Positions 61,601 through 64,000 of a DNA stretch of 64,000 nucleotides are shown here, piece by piece. Origin of the DNA: Centroscyllium fabricii (taxonomy: Eukaryota); NCBI GenBank assembly GCA_051313645.2, contig JBNRSN020000012.1, positions 177,444,001 through 177,508,000 on the forward strand. The letters run 5' to 3'. The position numbers were made by a program, and so were the translations under genes. Position 1 is the stretch's first letter; each line of letters opens with the position of its first letter. The notes under the pieces are model-generated. The model did no database searches. It saw nothing but the letters and a program-made list of their open reading frames with translations, and was not told where the DNA came from.

Positions 61601-64000
61601 CATCGACCTTAAGTCGGCCTATCACCAGCTCCCCATCAGAGCTGAGGACCGTAAATGCACTGCCTTTGAGGCAAATGGGCGCCTTTTTCACTTCCTCCGG
61701 GCCCCTTTGGGGTTACCAATGGAGTTTCGGTCTTCCAACGGGAGATTGACCGAATGGCTGACCAGTACCATTTGCAGGCCACATTCCCATATTTGGACAA
61801 TGTCACGATCTGCGGCCATGATCAGCAAGATCACGATGCCAATTTGGACAGGTTTCTCCGTACGGCCCAGCATCTTAACCTCACTTACAATGAGGATAAG
61901 TGTGTTTTCAGACATGGGGAGAATGTGCAAACTCCACACAGATAGTACCCGAGGCTGGCTATCCTCGGCTACGTAATTGAGAACGGGGTCCTCGGTCCTG
62001 ATCCCGAACGTATGCGCCCCCTTCAGGAGCTGCCTCTGCCGCACTCCACCAAATCTTTGAGGAGATGCCTGGGGTTTTTCTCGTATTATGCACAATGGGT
62101 TCCCCATTATGCTGATAAGGCCCGGCCTCTCCTCAGAGCTACATCCTTCCCGCTCCCATTAGAGGCCTAAATTGCATTTTCACATATTAAGCAGGACATC
62201 ATCAAGGCAACCATGCACGCTATTGATGAGTCTCTCCCCTTTCAGGTCGAAAGCGACGCCTCAGACTTCGCCCTGGCCGCCACCCTCAACCAGGCAGGCA
62301 GGCCCGTTGCTTTCTTCTCCCGTACCCTACAGGGCCCTGAAGTCCGGCACTCTTCAGTGGAAAAAAAGAGGCCCAAGCAATTGTGGAAGCAGTGCGCCAC
62401 TGGCGCCACTATTTGGCCGGTAAGCGTTTTACTCTTCTTACTGACCAGCGGTCAGTAGCATTTATGTTCCACCATAAACAGAAGGGTAAGATCAAGAATG
62501 ACAAGATCCTCAGGTGGCAGATCGAACTCTCCGCCTTTGAGTATGACATTCTGTACCGGCCAGGGAAGCTTAATGATCCCCCGGACGCCCTGTCCCGAGG
62601 ATCGTGTGCCAGTGCCCAGTCTGGTAGTCTGAAGACCCTCCACGCTAATCTCTGCCACCCGGGGGTCACCAGGCTCGCTCACTTCGTTAAATCACGCAAT
62701 CTCCCTTATTCCATTGTGGAGATCAAGGCAATGACGCAGGAGTGCCCTGTCTGTGCTGGGTGCAAGCCCCAGTTTTACAGGCTTGACAGGGCGCACCTCA
62801 TCAAGGCCACCCGCCCATTCGAGCGCCTGAGTGTGGACTTCAAAGGTCCCCTCCCCTCTACCAATCGTAACTCGTACATCCTCACTGTGGTCGACGAGTT
62901 CTCCCGTTTCCCTTTTGCATTCCCATGCACAGATATGACGAGTGCAACAGTGATAAAGCATTTTATCACGCTATTCACCATTTTTGGCCTCCCCGGCTTC
63001 GTACACAGCGACCGGGGGTCCTCTTTTATGAGCGATGAACTGCGTCACTTTCTGCTCGCGAGAGGAGTTGCCTCGAGCAGAACGACCAGTTACAACCCCC
63101 GGGGGAATGGCCAGGTTGAGCGGTTTAATGGGACCATCTGGAAGGCCATTTCTCTGGCCCTTCGATCCAAAGGCCTTCCAATCTCCCACTGGCAGGAGGT
63201 CCTCCAGGATGCGCTCCACGCTACTCGTTCCCTTTTGTGTACAGCTACCGGTTGCACTCCTCACGAGAGACTGTTCTCTTTCCACAGGAAATCGACTTTG
63301 GGGACGTCGCTGCCGACGTGGCTTACCAACCCGGGGCCGGTCCTGCTTCGTAGACATGTCCGGGGGCACAAGACGGACCCTCTTGTTGAACATGTGCGCC
63401 TGCTGCATGCCAGCCCTCAGTACGCTTACGTGGAGTACCCAGACGGGCGTGAGGATACCGTCTCGATTAGAGACCTCGCGCCCGCTGGAGACGTTCATGG
63501 GGAGTTGTTGGCGGAGCCCTTGCCCTCCCAGGTCGCACTTCCACAACAGGGGCCTACTTTTTATTCACCGGCGCACATTACATCGGGGCCCTTGCCACCT
63601 ACAATGCACGACGGAGTACATCATGTTGCTCAACCTCCGGCGGCTGCTACACCTCCACCAGATCTTCCTGCGTATGAACCTCCTCTTCCACCGGTGGAGT
63701 CCCTGTTCACTTCGGGAGCTCCGTCAGCATCTTTTCCGATTGCGACTACTCACGCTTTTTCATGTGAATCGCCATTGGTTCGCAGGTCTTCTCGGACTGT
63801 TCGACCTCCTCAAAGACTGATAACGCAGTGCTGATGTTCGCCCTGCGGGACTTGTTTTTTAAGGAAGGGGTGAATGTGGTGAACCATTTAGTGTAGTTCA
63901 CACTGTGTTATTATTGTATATAGTTTGTGCTAATAAAGTTGTTCTTTTCTGTAAGGACCTGGACCAGCTGACCCCGCCTCCGGGTATGAGTATAAAGGAG
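58617..64000 (+). mobile_element. Element J: degenerate Mag-like Gypsy retrotransposon; 3' LTR runs off the window
   Basis: 5' LTR 58617-58847; 3' LTR starts 63875. Gag 58870-59756; PR/RT fragments; RNase H-integrase 62383-63834. Confidence 0.93.
61112..61520 (+). mobile_element. V-SINE (HE1-like) inserted in the RT of J
   Basis: Nearly identical to 43256-43650. Interrupts ATTAACCGC|TACACTGGG, which is contiguous in element G. No TSD. Confidence 0.93.

Overview
Eukaryotic, non-prokaryotic DNA. The V-SINE/HE1-type, Deu-domain SINE and CR1 repeats point to a cartilaginous fish. The only host coding sequence I can support is one 156-nt internal exon (25123-25278, +) encoding the cysteine-rich region of an EphB receptor tyrosine kinase, so the window is essentially two large introns. 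These introns are packed with nested transposable elements. They include one intact, very young CsRN1-like Gypsy element (9081-13504) and eight full or partial copies (labelled B-H, J) plus a fragment of a Mag-like Gypsy clade, often inserted into each other with readable 5-bp TSDs. There are also CR1, L2/Daphne-like and Rex1 LINE fragments, a Penelope fragment with a hammerhead ribozyme motif, SINEs, MITEs and two minisatellites. Most striking signal: the Mag-like elements have no tRNA primer-binding site. The bases right after the 5' LTR are instead complementary, with compensatory changes across subfamilies, to the element's own AATAAA-containing LTR segment. They also carry a conserved YLDN rather than YxDD reverse-transcriptase motif and a hairpin-masked polypurine tract. 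Together these suggest a tRNA-independent self-priming and/or poly(A)-switch retrotransposition system. All calls were made by eye, with no database searches.
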